A stretch of 64,000 bases of DNA, from IMG/VR virus record IMGVR_UViG_3300043570_002098; one strand, 5' to 3'. This DNA is from a virus. The position numbers and the translations under genes were made by a program. The first letter of the stretch is position 1. Every line of letters begins with the position of its first letter. Positions 1 through 9,454 of this stretch are shown piece after piece. The notes under the pieces are model-generated. The model searched no databases. It was not told the origin of the DNA and saw nothing but the letters and a program-made list of their open reading frames with translations.

Positions 1-667
1 CTACTTCACTCTCTTTCTTTTCTTTTCTCTTATTATAACCATTAAAATCTGGACTTGGTGGTTTTCCTGGATTAAATGGATTTTTTCCCTTTTTTTCTTT
101 AGACTCGTTATCCTTTTTCCAACTATCAACAAATTTACCAAGTTCTTTTTCAACTTCATGATCTTCAGGATCTCTACCTAAATCTTTTTTTAATTTTTCT
201 TTAGTTGCACCTATCATAATACCATGTAAAGATTCGTCCACTTCTCCCTCTTCAGTTTCGTCAACTTCTTTTTTCTTAGGGGTAGATTTCTTTTTAGGAG
301 TTCCACCAAATACCGTTGAACTACTTGATTTTGAACCTTTAATAGTTAAACCCATATCCGCTTCGCTCACATCTTCCTTTGTTTCACCCTTCTTTTCTTT
401 ATTCAAGATTGCAAAGTCGTCAGCATCTATTTTACCGTTCTTGTTTTTATCAATTTTATTTTGTTTTCCTTTTAAAATTTCTTTAACCTCAACAGTTTTA
501 TTTGGATCATTTGCCAATTTCTGAATTTCAGGATTGGATGCCATAGCTTGTGTAGTTGTTACAATTCTTTCTGATAAATCGTTAAGTTGTTTATCGGTAA
601 AATTAACTAATGTCTTTTCAGAAAAACCTTCTTTTAAAAGTCTTCCTATTAATTCTGTTCTTTTCAT
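1..667 (-). CDS. Partial charged protein, putative virion/head-associated protein (runs off the left edge)
   Basis: Not in ORF track. ATG at 667 reads MKRTELIGRLLKEGFSEKTL..., open to the window edge. Contains the EF-hand-like segment KIDKNKNGKIDADDF. Confidence 0.7.
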   Translation of the reverse strand, partial: MKRTELIGRLLKEGFSEKTLVNFTDKQLNDLSERIVTTTQAMASNPEIQKLANDPNKTVEVKEILKGKQNKIDKNKNGKIDADDFAILNKEKKGETKEDVSEADMGLTIKGSKSSSSTVFGGTPKKKSTPKKKEVDETEEGEVDESLHGIMIGATKEKLKKDLGRDPEDHEVEKELGKFVDSWKKDNESKEKKGKNPFNPGKPPSPDFNGYNKRKEKKESEV

Positions 668-1065
668 GATTCCTTGAATTTTATTTCTTCTTTTAAGAGG
701 ATAAACCCTCTTGATTTTAATTTTTTTGTTACGTTTTCAATTGGTTCCGCAAACTTAAATGTTAGTCTTTCTTCTGTATTTTCAAAATCAAACTTTTCCC
801 AAGCCATTGAAATTACACCATCTACAGCATCAATAACTCCGAAATGATCGGAGTCTTGAACTAATTCTAATTGTAAATCTGTATCTTTTAATAAACCAAC
901 TACGTCAACATATTCGATGTCAGGTGATTTAGACCGTTGGCAAGCCGAAGCAGGTATAACGAACCAATCGCCCATATCAATTTCAGTGGTCTCACTGAAT
1001 ACGAATTCGTATTGTTTTTGACCTTTGTAATCTGACCCAATTTCATTGACATATATTAGATGCAT
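664..1065 (-). CDS. Hypothetical protein
   Basis: 133-aa ORF tightly coupled to both neighbours. Confidence 0.75.
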   Translation of the reverse strand: MHLIYVNEIGSDYKGQKQYEFVFSETTEIDMGDWFVIPASACQRSKSPDIEYVDVVGLLKDTDLQLELVQDSDHFGVIDAVDGVISMAWEKFDFENTEERLTFKFAEPIENVTKKLKSRGFILLKEEIKFKES

Positions 1066-1067
1066 TT

Positions 1068-2039
1068 TTATTTAAAATATTTGCTTAATGTATCACCAAT
1101 TGCAGCCTTTATTTCGTCCAAATCTAATTCTTTAGTTTCATCTTCCGCGTCCATTTCACCTTCTTCTTTAATTGAATACTTACTCAAATTTACTTCATCG
1201 GTATCCATTGGGGTATTAACGAATTCATCTAAAGCTGACATTGAATCGTATTCGTTCATATCTAATTCAGGTTCAGCAGATGGAGCAGGTTCTTCACCTG
1301 TTGGTTCTTCAGAACCCATTCCACCTTCTTCTTCCTCTCTTTCAAATTTCTTAGCAACATCTTCAATATCTTCATCTGATAATTTATCTAAATCAACTGC
1401 AGAAATAATCATGTTTAAAATGTATTTGATATCATCACTTTCCATTCTATCATGTAAATCTCTTAATTCTTGACCTAATTTACCAGCGTATTTTTGAGCT
1501 TCAGCCATGTAAGATGATCTCTTACCAGCATCTTCATCTTCACCACCTTCAGCAGGAGGAGCATCTGTAGGTGCATCCATTGGAACTTCACCTTCAGGAG
1601 ATGGGGGAGGAACGTCACCTGATGCATCAGCCGCAGGTGCTGGAGGTAAATCCATCGGTGCTTCAGGCATTGGAGCCTCTTGTTGAGGTTTGTTTTGCTT
1701 TAACACATATTTTGTTGCTTCCTGTAGTTCTTCCTGTCCTTTCAACAATTCAAGTCGTTTGAACGCTTCGGCATACGAAGAGAACTTATTCTTGTTCTTC
1801 ATGAACATACCACCGATATAATCGAGTGATGATTCATTTAATCCTCTCTTTACATAGTAACCGTCTTTTTCTTTAACGACACCATATACACCCCCGTTTT
1901 TAGATTCTTTCACTAATTCGGGTTTACTCGAAGAACGACTGTTATTTTTATTACTGTTGAAGTATGTTAATTCAAGGATTCTTTTTAACTTGTCGTCCCC
2001 GTTTAATTTTTCACTTCCTAGTGGTTTTAATTCTGCCAT
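1068..2039 (-). CDS. Acidic Pro/Glu-rich protein, putative prohead scaffold/internal protein
   Basis: 323 aa, low-complexity acidic linkers, several L/I-x-E sites, TATTTAT box upstream at 2076-2082. Confidence 0.5.
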   Translation of the reverse strand: MAELKPLGSEKLNGDDKLKRILELTYFNSNKNNSRSSSKPELVKESKNGGVYGVVKEKDGYYVKRGLNESSLDYIGGMFMKNKNKFSSYAEAFKRLELLKGQEELQEATKYVLKQNKPQQEAPMPEAPMDLPPAPAADASGDVPPPSPEGEVPMDAPTDAPPAEGGEDEDAGKRSSYMAEAQKYAGKLGQELRDLHDRMESDDIKYILNMIISAVDLDKLSDEDIEDVAKKFEREEEEGGMGSEEPTGEEPAPSAEPELDMNEYDSMSALDEFVNTPMDTDEVNLSKYSIKEEGEMDAEDETKELDLDEIKAAIGDTLSKYFK

Positions 2040-2110
2040 TTTATAAAATTGTTAAGATATACTTATTCTTATCCTATAAATACATAGATATATAGAAAAA
2101 TTAGGTATAA

Positions 2111-2863
2111 TTATTGTGTTATAGACAATTTCCTGTCCTTAAGTTGCGTTTTTAGTCTTAAAAGTTTTTGGATGTATCCGTTTCTTCTTAATAATTTGAA
2201 TGTTAGATTTTCATAAGAATATTCCCCACCCGACTCTAAACCACTCTGTCTAAACTCTTTTATCTTTTTTCTAAGATCTTCAAGTTGATCAATGGTGATT
2301 TCTTTTGGGTTTTGTACTAACCGATCTATCTTTTTTCCAAACTCTTCACCCTTCTCTAAAATCTTTCTGTCATCAATATTCGGTTTATCTTTTTCAGGTT
2401 CTACAATCCATTTATTATGTAATACGGAGTAAACACCTGATGACACATGTTCCTCATTTACATCTTGGACGTAAACCTCAACATCATAACCTTTTATTTT
2501 AATATCATATTTTTCATTCCACACGTTTTTCTTCGCATCGAAAAACTCTTTTAAGATATCCATTTCATATTTGGATTCTTCAAAGTCAATAAGAATATGT
2601 AAATCAACGTCGGAGTATTGTGACCAATTATAGTTCGCTAAAGATCCAGTGAGAACTACATCATGTATAAAAAACTCAACCCCCAAACTTTCAATAAAGT
2701 CATTAGATACCTCAAGAAGTCTTTTTTTAATTTCATCACGCATAACAAAATGACCCTTTTTCTCCTCAAAAATTTGATCGGATAAAGTTTCTTTTGTTTC
2801 GAAAGATTTTACAATTTGTTTGTCTTTCTTTTTTCCCTCAATAAGTTCTTCAAATAAACTCAT
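2111..2863 (-). CDS. Nucleotidyltransferase (Pol beta superfamily)
   Basis: hGS...DxD signature LTGSLANYNWSQYSDVDLHIL and a later acidic strand DVEVYVQD. Confidence 0.8.
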   Translation of the reverse strand: MSLFEELIEGKKKDKQIVKSFETKETLSDQIFEEKKGHFVMRDEIKKRLLEVSNDFIESLGVEFFIHDVVLTGSLANYNWSQYSDVDLHILIDFEESKYEMDILKEFFDAKKNVWNEKYDIKIKGYDVEVYVQDVNEEHVSSGVYSVLHNKWIVEPEKDKPNIDDRKILEKGEEFGKKIDRLVQNPKEITIDQLEDLRKKIKEFRQSGLESGGEYSYENLTFKLLRRNGYIQKLLRLKTQLKDRKLSITQ

Positions 2864-3105
2864 CCTTTTTTAGTATAGTTATGTGCTTTAGCGATATTTT
2901 CGTTAAAGTATTTTCCTTGGGATTCAGATAACCTAAATTTGGTGAACTTAGACCAAGGAACTTTATTATACTCATAAATACTTCCGTTATTGAATATAAC
3001 GGTCAAGTCTTCTGTTTCTGTATGGTAAGAGACTTCTTTAAGATTGGATGATTGGACAACGACAGTAATAAGTTTACCATCAATTTTTTCTGATATTATT
3101 CCCAT
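2860..3105 (-). CDS. KTSC domain protein
   Basis: SSNL..V.Y...L.V.F.NG..YEY..VP......F..SESQGKYFNENI pattern. Confidence 0.9.
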   Translation of the reverse strand: MGIISEKIDGKLITVVVQSSNLKEVSYHTETEDLTVIFNNGSIYEYNKVPWSKFTKFRLSESQGKYFNENIAKAHNYTKKG

Positions 3106-3147
3106 ATTATATTGTTTATATATTATAGATAATAAATATCAAAAAAT

Positions 3148-3171
3148 AAACCCCTCATTTAGAGGGGTTTA
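3148..3171. terminator. Intrinsic terminator-like hairpin
   Basis: AAACCCCTC-ATTTA-GAGGGGTTT between the two KTSC genes. Confidence 0.7.
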
Positions 3172-3177
3172 AGTTAG

Positions 3178-3429
3178 TTAGATACTTTTAACTTTTCTCG
3201 TCTTAAACTGACTCACAATGTTCTCGTTTAAGAACTTACCTTGTGATTTAGCCAATCTAAACTTTGTAAAAGTTGTAGACGGAACGTTTTGGTACTCATA
3301 AGATTTACCTGTTGTAAAGGTAACTCTTAAATTTTCTTTTAAAGTGTCGTAAGACGCAGCCTTTAAACTAGTGGAAGCGATTGATACGGTGATCATCTTT
3401 CCGTTGATTTTTTCTTTTTTTACTGACAT
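3178..3429 (-). CDS. KTSC domain protein (tandem paralog)
   Basis: Same KTSC pattern; shares FTKFRL...QGK with 2860-3105. Confidence 0.9.
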   Translation of the reverse strand: MSVKKEKINGKMITVSIASTSLKAASYDTLKENLRVTFTTGKSYEYQNVPSTTFTKFRLAKSQGKFLNENIVSQFKTRKVKSI

Positions 3430-3458
3430 GGTGTTAAATTTTATATTATAAATCTACA

Positions 3459-3466
3459 CAAATATA
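3459..3466 (-). promoter_or_regulatory. Bacteroidota-type -7 promoter element TATATTTG
   Basis: Matches TAnnTTTG, 30 nt upstream of the KTSC start. Confidence 0.55.
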
Positions 3467-3496
3467 TCCATAAAAAAAAATTTTAGAGAAAATATT

Positions 3497-3853
3497 TTAA
3501 TTCAATGAAATCAATCTTTCTAAACTTTTCTTCTTATCAATTGGTAATGAAAGAGTTAGAACTCCGTTTTCTACTTTTCCTTCGATTTCTTTTTCTTTAA
3601 CATCTTCTGGAATATTGTAGGATTTCACAAAACTTCCAATAAAATGATGTGTATTATCACTCTCTTCTTTTTGGTAAGTGATCTTTAACACACCTTCTTT
3701 GGTAGAAATTTTAAGGTCTTCCTTTGTTAAACCAGGAACACTGATGGATACCGTGTATCCTAATTCATCTTTTTCGATGTTAGTTTCAGGAGTAGATAGA
3801 AATCCCTTCGTGTCCAATCCTCTAAAAAATGGGTCTTTAAATAATGTAATCAT
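3497..3853 (-). CDS. Hsp20/alpha-crystallin small heat-shock protein
   Basis: VPGL.KEDL.I, GSF.KSY.IPEDV, ENGVLTLSLP and a C-terminal I-x-L motif. Confidence 0.92.
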   Translation of the reverse strand: MITLFKDPFFRGLDTKGFLSTPETNIEKDELGYTVSISVPGLTKEDLKISTKEGVLKITYQKEESDNTHHFIGSFVKSYNIPEDVKEKEIEGKVENGVLTLSLPIDKKKSLERLISLN

Positions 3854-4032
3854 AATATATTGTTTTTATACTCTCTTACTAACAAAATTTTTGCCAACAC
3901 ATTAATTTAGACAACTTGTCATAGTTTTTTAATTTTATTTGACAACTTGTCATTAAAATAAATTTATACACAACCGTTTTGTTTTTAGTTCGATTTATGT
4001 TATGTTTGTACTGTAAACTAAACTTATTATTT

Positions 4033-6066
4033 ATGTCAGTAGATTTTTTTGAGGATGGACCAACCACGAACCCCAAGAAGGTTAGAAAAGGGTCAAACAC
4101 ACCAATCTTGGACAATTTCTCTCGTGATCTTATTAAGATGGCTGAAGAGGGTAAAATTGATCCTGTAGTTGGTAGGGATAAAGAGGTAAAAAGAATTGCT
4201 CAAATTCTATCTCGTAAAAAGAAAAACAACGCGGTAATTGTTGGAGAGGCTGGTGTCGGTAAATCAGCGTTAGTTGAAAAATTAGCATTAATGATATACA
4301 AAGGAGATTGTCCTTCAAATCTCTTAGACAAACGTATCATGTCTTTGGATTTAACTTCATTAGTTGCCGGTACAAAATACCGTGGACAATTTGAAGAGAG
4401 AATTAAAGCAATTATCAACGAATTACAAGAGGCTCCAAACGTAATCATCTTTATTGATGAATTACATACTATGGTTGGTGCCGGTAATGCGAGTGGTGCG
4501 ATGGATGCTGCAAATATTTTAAAACCCGCATTAGCACGTGGTGAATTACAATGTATTGGTGCAACAACATTTGATGAATTTAAAAAACATATTGAAAAAG
4601 ACGCAGCATTAGTTCGTCGTTTTCAAAAAATAGTTTTACAAGAACCAACCGAAGAAGAAACATTAGAAATTCTTAAAAACTTAACAACATCATATCAAGA
4701 CTTTCACAAAGTAAGTTATGAAGAAGGTGTTTTAGAAACTATTGTTAAACTTTCAGGTCGTTATATTACTGATAGACAATTTCCTGATAAGGCAATTGAC
4801 GTATTAGATGAATTAGGTTCTGAAAAAAGAGTATCGTCTAAAATTCCTGAAGTAATTGAAAAATTAAAAAAGGAAATTGACATTATTAAAGAAAAGAAAG
4901 TTCAAGTTGTAAAAAGTCAAAATTACGAACAAGCTGCGAAGCTTCGTGATGAAGAAAGGAAGGTCACAACAAAATTAGATGAAGAAAAATTAAAGTGGTC
5001 CGACAAACAAAAAGATAATAAAATACCGGTTTCATTAGATGATGTTTACGACATCGTTAGTGATATGACGGGAGTTCCAATTACTAAACTTGACACTAAA
5101 GAAACTAAGAAGTTATTAGAACTTGAAAATATTTTATCTTCAAAAGTAATTGGTCAAGACGAAGCGGTTAAAACAATCTCTAAGGCAATTAGAAGAAATC
5201 GTGTAGGTATCAAAGAAGCAAATAAACCAATCGGTTCATTTATTTTTATCGGATCAACAGGTGTTGGTAAAACATATCTTGCAAAGTCAATTGCTGAAAC
5301 CTTATTTGGTGATCCTGATAAAATTATCCGTGTTGATATGAGTGAGTATATGGAGAAACATAATGTATCTAAATTAATCGGTTCTCCACCGGGTTATGTC
5401 GGTTATGATGAAGGGGGTCAGTTGACTGAGAAGATTAAAAATAACCCATTCTCTGTCGTTTTATTTGATGAAATTGAGAAGGCTCATAAAGACGTGTTTA
5501 ATATCTTACTCCAAATTTTAGATGAAGGACATTTAACAGATTCATTTGGTAGAAAAATTAATTTCACAAATACAATTGTTATCATGACATCTAACGTAGG
5601 AGCTAAACGTGTATCTGATTTAGGTGCAGGTGTTGGATTTAAAACTTCATCAAGTGAAGAACAACAATATGAAGTTAGAAAGACAATGATTCAAAAGGCA
5701 TTGAAACAACAATTCAATCCTGAGTTTTTAAATCGTATTGACGATATCATTCTATTCAATTCATTAAATGATGAAACGTTAAGAAAAATTATTGGAATTG
5801 AAGTTAATAATTTAAACAAACGTTTAATTAATAAGAACTACAAAATTAATTTCGATAAAACGGTTATCAATAGAATTTATGAATTGAACTCACAAGAAGA
5901 GTACGGTGCACGTCCGTTAAAACGTATTATACAAAATCTTTGTGAAGACTTTTTGAGTGAGGAAATTTTAAAAGGTACAATTTTAGAAAATGTACAATAT
6001 ATTTTGAAATATAAGGACGAAAATTTAACTATCACTAAAAAAACCACCAATATTGAATCAAAATAA
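4033..6066 (+). CDS. clpC: ClpC-like AAA+ protease subunit lacking the N-terminal Clp-repeat domain
   Basis: Two Walker A motifs (GEAGVGKS, GSTGVGKT), pore loops KYRG and GYVG, short UVR-type M domain (QNYEQAAKLRD), ClpP-docking VGF loop. ATG 4033 preferred over the track's upstream start. Confidence 0.88.
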   Translation: MSVDFFEDGPTTNPKKVRKGSNTPILDNFSRDLIKMAEEGKIDPVVGRDKEVKRIAQILSRKKKNNAVIVGEAGVGKSALVEKLALMIYKGDCPSNLLDKRIMSLDLTSLVAGTKYRGQFEERIKAIINELQEAPNVIIFIDELHTMVGAGNASGAMDAANILKPALARGELQCIGATTFDEFKKHIEKDAALVRRFQKIVLQEPTEEETLEILKNLTTSYQDFHKVSYEEGVLETIVKLSGRYITDRQFPDKAIDVLDELGSEKRVSSKIPEVIEKLKKEIDIIKEKKVQVVKSQNYEQAAKLRDEERKVTTKLDEEKLKWSDKQKDNKIPVSLDDVYDIVSDMTGVPITKLDTKETKKLLELENILSSKVIGQDEAVKTISKAIRRNRVGIKEANKPIGSFIFIGSTGVGKTYLAKSIAETLFGDPDKIIRVDMSEYMEKHNVSKLIGSPPGYVGYDEGGQLTEKIKNNPFSVVLFDEIEKAHKDVFNILLQILDEGHLTDSFGRKINFTNTIVIMTSNVGAKRVSDLGAGVGFKTSSSEEQQYEVRKTMIQKALKQQFNPEFLNRIDDIILFNSLNDETLRKIIGIEVNNLNKRLINKNYKINFDKTVINRIYELNSQEEYGARPLKRIIQNLCEDFLSEEILKGTILENVQYILKYKDENLTITKKTTNIESK

Positions 6067-6712
6067 TCTTTGGGTATTTGGAGATTCCTTTTCTGTTCCA
6101 TTTAAAAAAATAGAAAAGGAATGTCCTTATGTCCATTATAAAGGGTACTGTCCAAAAATATATTCAGAACTTTTATCTGAAAAATTAGAATATAATTTAA
6201 TTGATATGTCAATTGGTGGATGTTCTAATTATAGTTTATTCCATAAATTTATTGACTGTGTAGAAAAAATTAAACCTAATGACATTTTAATATTTGGTTG
6301 GACACAACCAATTAGATTTAGGGTTGCATCTAAACATAATGATTTTTATGACGTTATGATTGCGGTTGTAAAACATATGACTGACATGTTTACACTTAAA
6401 GTTGATACGTTACAGGACATAACAATTAATCGAAATGAAAATTCCGTTTATTACACCGAATTATCGGATTACATAAAACTTATAAATTTTACATTAAAAA
6501 ATAATAAAATAATTCATTGGACTTGGGTAGAACCATCTAATAAATTTTTTACTGATGAAAAACAATATGAAAAAGCATATTATGATTTATTAGAACCATA
6601 TAAAAAATATCTTTTAATAAAAGAAGAAACAAATAAAGAAATTGACGATTTTCATTATGGTGAAATTGCTCATTTAGAATTATCAGAAGATTTATATAAA
6701 AAAATAATGTAA
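6053..6712 (+). CDS. SGNH/GDSL-like hydrolase family protein
   Basis: FGDSF, GGCSN and a C-terminal DDFH motif. Confidence 0.6.
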   Translation: MNQNNLWVFGDSFSVPFKKIEKECPYVHYKGYCPKIYSELLSEKLEYNLIDMSIGGCSNYSLFHKFIDCVEKIKPNDILIFGWTQPIRFRVASKHNDFYDVMIAVVKHMTDMFTLKVDTLQDITINRNENSVYYTELSDYIKLINFTLKNNKIIHWTWVEPSNKFFTDEKQYEKAYYDLLEPYKKYLLIKEETNKEIDDFHYGEIAHLELSEDLYKKIM

Positions 6713-6754
6713 ATAGTTGACTTTTTATTAAAGTTATATATATTTATATCACTA

Positions 6755-6823
6755 TAGGTTCTCTTTGTCGATTACCTTTTCGTTTTTCAAAAGTAAGTGG
6801 GGTTGAACCCACCCAAAGACCTT
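6755..6823 (+). ncRNA. Candidate small structured RNA (three-way junction)
   Basis: Intergenic, own TATTTAT box (6741) and terminator. Closing stem TCTTTG/CAAAGA plus two inner hairpins. Confidence 0.4.
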
Positions 6824-6852
6824 AAACCCCGACATCTCGTTGGGGTTTTTTT
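6824..6852 (+). terminator. Intrinsic terminator
   Basis: AAACCCCGAC-ATCTC-GTTGGGGTTT followed by a T-run. Confidence 0.8.
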
Positions 6853-6896
6853 ATGTAATTTGGTTTTATCGTTAAACTTTCGTATATTTACTATAT

Positions 6897-7115
6897 ATGA
6901 AAAAAGTAACATTTATTTTAGCTCTTGGTGTAGCACTTACACTAACAGCATGTGGTTCAGGGTCAGCCGCAACAGAAACAACAGACTCTACAGTAGCTCC
7001 TGTTGCAGATACAACTGCAGTAGTCGCTGATTCAACAGTATCACCTGTAGAAGGTGGTGGTGTTTTATTAAAAGAAGGTGCTGAAAAACCAGTATCTAAT
7101 GAAGAAGTAAAATAA
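6897..7115 (+). CDS. Small lipoprotein
   Basis: MKK + hydrophobic stretch + LTACG lipobox, Thr/Ala/Asp-rich tail. Confidence 0.8.
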   Translation: MKKVTFILALGVALTLTACGSGSAATETTDSTVAPVADTTAVVADSTVSPVEGGGVLLKEGAEKPVSNEEVK

Positions 7116-7168
7116 GAAATAGGGGTTGGTTTATTCTGACCCCCATTTTTTAATCCTAAATCTCTCCT

Positions 7169-7597
7169 ATGGATATTACAAACGAGACACAAGGCGAATT
7201 AATATTATTACGAGGTTTACCTGGTTCAGGTAAAACAACTCTAGCAAAAATCATACTACAACTTAGAAGTACGGACGAACCTGAAATTTTATCTGCCGAT
7301 GATTTTTTCGAAGATAAAGAAGGTGATTACAATTTTGATCCTACTAAATTAAAAGAAGCTCATAACTATTGTCAATTTAGATGCTCAGAAAGAATGAGAC
7401 AACAAAAGGCAAAGATAGTTGTTGCAAATACTTTTACCCAAGAATGGGAAATGGACGAATATTTTAAAATGGCTGAAAGATACAATTATCGTGTTCATAC
7501 AGTGGTTGTTGAAAACAGACATGGTAATGAAAATATTCATGGGGTTCCCGAAGATAAACTTCAACAAATGAAGAATAGATTTCAAGTTAAACTTTAA
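7169..7597 (+). CDS. P-loop kinase (AAA_33, polynucleotide-kinase-like)
   Basis: LRGLPGSGKTT, SADDFF, VVANTF and HGVP motifs. Confidence 0.85.
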   Translation: MDITNETQGELILLRGLPGSGKTTLAKIILQLRSTDEPEILSADDFFEDKEGDYNFDPTKLKEAHNYCQFRCSERMRQQKAKIVVANTFTQEWEMDEYFKMAERYNYRVHTVVVENRHGNENIHGVPEDKLQQMKNRFQVKL

Positions 7598-7839
7598 TGA
7601 GTCAATTTATTTCTTCTTTTATTGAATCCATAAATCCAAAACCAAAGATGAAATTTCACGCTAACTTACATAGAAACCAATGGTCAATATATCCATTACC
7701 TTTTGTTTATTTTTATTTTGAAACATGTCAACCAGATTCTCATGTATCAATTTGGAAAAACAAAATATGTGGAGTATATTTGTCCTTTAATTGGTTGAAA
7801 CATACTTACAACATCGGAATCCACAAAACAATAAACTAA
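7597..7839 (+). CDS. Hypothetical protein
   Basis: 80 aa, coupled by TAATG overlaps on both sides. Confidence 0.65.
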   Translation: MSQFISSFIESINPKPKMKFHANLHRNQWSIYPLPFVYFYFETCQPDSHVSIWKNKICGVYLSFNWLKHTYNIGIHKTIN

Positions 7840-8909
7840 TGTTAGAGATTTTAGAGAAATATTATACTGATGGTTTGTTACATAAACAAACACATCCTAC
7901 TAAAGATTTGACTATATGGAATTATTCTCCTAAAGTTCAATACGAAAGATTGTGGGATGATATTACTTTGCAATGCCGTGGATTGGTGACCAATTCAAAA
8001 GGTGATATTGTTGCAAGACCATTTAAGAAATTCTTTAACTACGAAGAACATAAACCAGAAGATATTCCAAATGAAACTTATGTTGTTTATGAAAAGATGG
8101 ATGGATCATTAGGTATTCTTTTTAATTATGAAGGAGAATGGATATTATCCACTCGTGGTTCTTTTACATCACCGCAAGCAATTAAAGGAAAAGAAATTCT
8201 TGATAGACACGACATCAGTGCGTGGAGAAAAGACAACACATATTTGTTTGAAATTATTTATCCTGAAAATAGAATTGTTGTTGATTACAAAGGTGAAGAA
8301 AAATTAGTTGTTCTTGGTGCTTTTCATACTGAAAGTGGAATGGAAATACCTGATAGTAGTTTATTTTGGACACAAGATTCAGGATTTGAAGTTGCTATGA
8401 CATACAAAACTTGGGGAGAAGGATATGATTTACTTAAAGAAGAAATATCTAAAGATAGAGAAGGATATGTAATTAAATTTAAGAATGGTTTTCGTATGAA
8501 AATCAAAGGAGAAGAATATAAAAGATTACATAAAATATTAACCAACTTTTCATCCAAAGATATTTGGGAATTATTGAGGGATGGAAAACCTATGGATGAA
8601 TTTTTAGATAGGGTACCTGATGAATTTTACAAGTGGGTTAAACAACAAGTGAGTTCTTTTGAATATGCCAAATACAGAATTGGTGAACATTGTGGTAAGA
8701 TACACGATTATTTTAGATATGGAAAATATGGTGATGTGGACCCAATGCCAACAAAAAAAGATTTTGCGTTACATTTAGAAAAATGTAATGTTGAGACATT
8801 TTATAGACCAATATTATTTGCAATGTGGGACGGAAAACCATATGAACATATTATTTGGAGAATAATGAAACCTAAATACGAAAAACCATTTAAGAAAGAT
8901 GAAAATTAA
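7839..8909 (+). CDS. T4 Rnl1-like RNA ligase
   Basis: CRGLV, RPF.KFFN, adenylation motif YEKMDGS, FEII, EGYVI, MKIK. ATG 7839 overlaps the upstream stop. Confidence 0.9.
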   Translation: MLEILEKYYTDGLLHKQTHPTKDLTIWNYSPKVQYERLWDDITLQCRGLVTNSKGDIVARPFKKFFNYEEHKPEDIPNETYVVYEKMDGSLGILFNYEGEWILSTRGSFTSPQAIKGKEILDRHDISAWRKDNTYLFEIIYPENRIVVDYKGEEKLVVLGAFHTESGMEIPDSSLFWTQDSGFEVAMTYKTWGEGYDLLKEEISKDREGYVIKFKNGFRMKIKGEEYKRLHKILTNFSSKDIWELLRDGKPMDEFLDRVPDEFYKWVKQQVSSFEYAKYRIGEHCGKIHDYFRYGKYGDVDPMPTKKDFALHLEKCNVETFYRPILFAMWDGKPYEHIIWRIMKPKYEKPFKKDEN

Positions 8910-9387
8910 TAATAGATTGAGATTATACCTTGACGATATAAGAACTCCTGTGGATGATGATTGGATTGTTGTGAGAAATTATGATGAATTTGTTGCACAA
9001 ATAAAATTACATGGATTAGGTAATTTTGAAGTTATATCCTTAGATCATGATTTAGGTGAAGGTGCTATGGTGGAATACTATACAAATGTAAAAAATAATT
9101 ATATGTTGGATTACAACAACATAGAAGAAAGAACGGGAATGGATTGTTGTAGATATTTGGTTAGTGAGAGTATGAACGAAAAAATACCCTTACCTCAAGT
9201 ATATATACATTCCGCAAACCCTATTGGTTCCGCAAATATGATGGGATATATCAACAATTATTTAATGAATTGTAGACTACCTCAAACCTGTGTAAGAGTT
9301 CAAATTAATCACACCATTAATGAAATCCACATGTTATCCCCTGAAGCACGTAAAGCAAAGTGGGATCGTAGTATGGAGAATGAATAA
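8899..9387 (+). CDS. Cyclic-phosphate-processing receiver-domain protein
   Basis: LYLDDIR.P, ISLDHDLG, TG.D and IHSANP.G motifs; adjacent to the RNA ligase. Confidence 0.8.
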   Translation: MKINNRLRLYLDDIRTPVDDDWIVVRNYDEFVAQIKLHGLGNFEVISLDHDLGEGAMVEYYTNVKNNYMLDYNNIEERTGMDCCRYLVSESMNEKIPLPQVYIHSANPIGSANMMGYINNYLMNCRLPQTCVRVQINHTINEIHMLSPEARKAKWDRSMENE

Positions 9388-9454
9388 TTCTTGGATATTC
9401 AAAAAAAATCATTATTTTTACGTTCATAACTAAACAAACTAAACACTTACCCAC

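Noticed and set aside
3879-4115. Antisense ORF 3879-4115 and the track's upstream extension of clpC (3979-4032)
   Set aside because: AT-rich promoter region; no Clp-N similarity; ATG 4033 is the more plausible start.
6035-6704. TAAAAAAA at both ends of the SGNH-like gene as a target-site duplication in clpC
   Set aside because: Too short and low-complexity to be meaningful in this AT-rich DNA.
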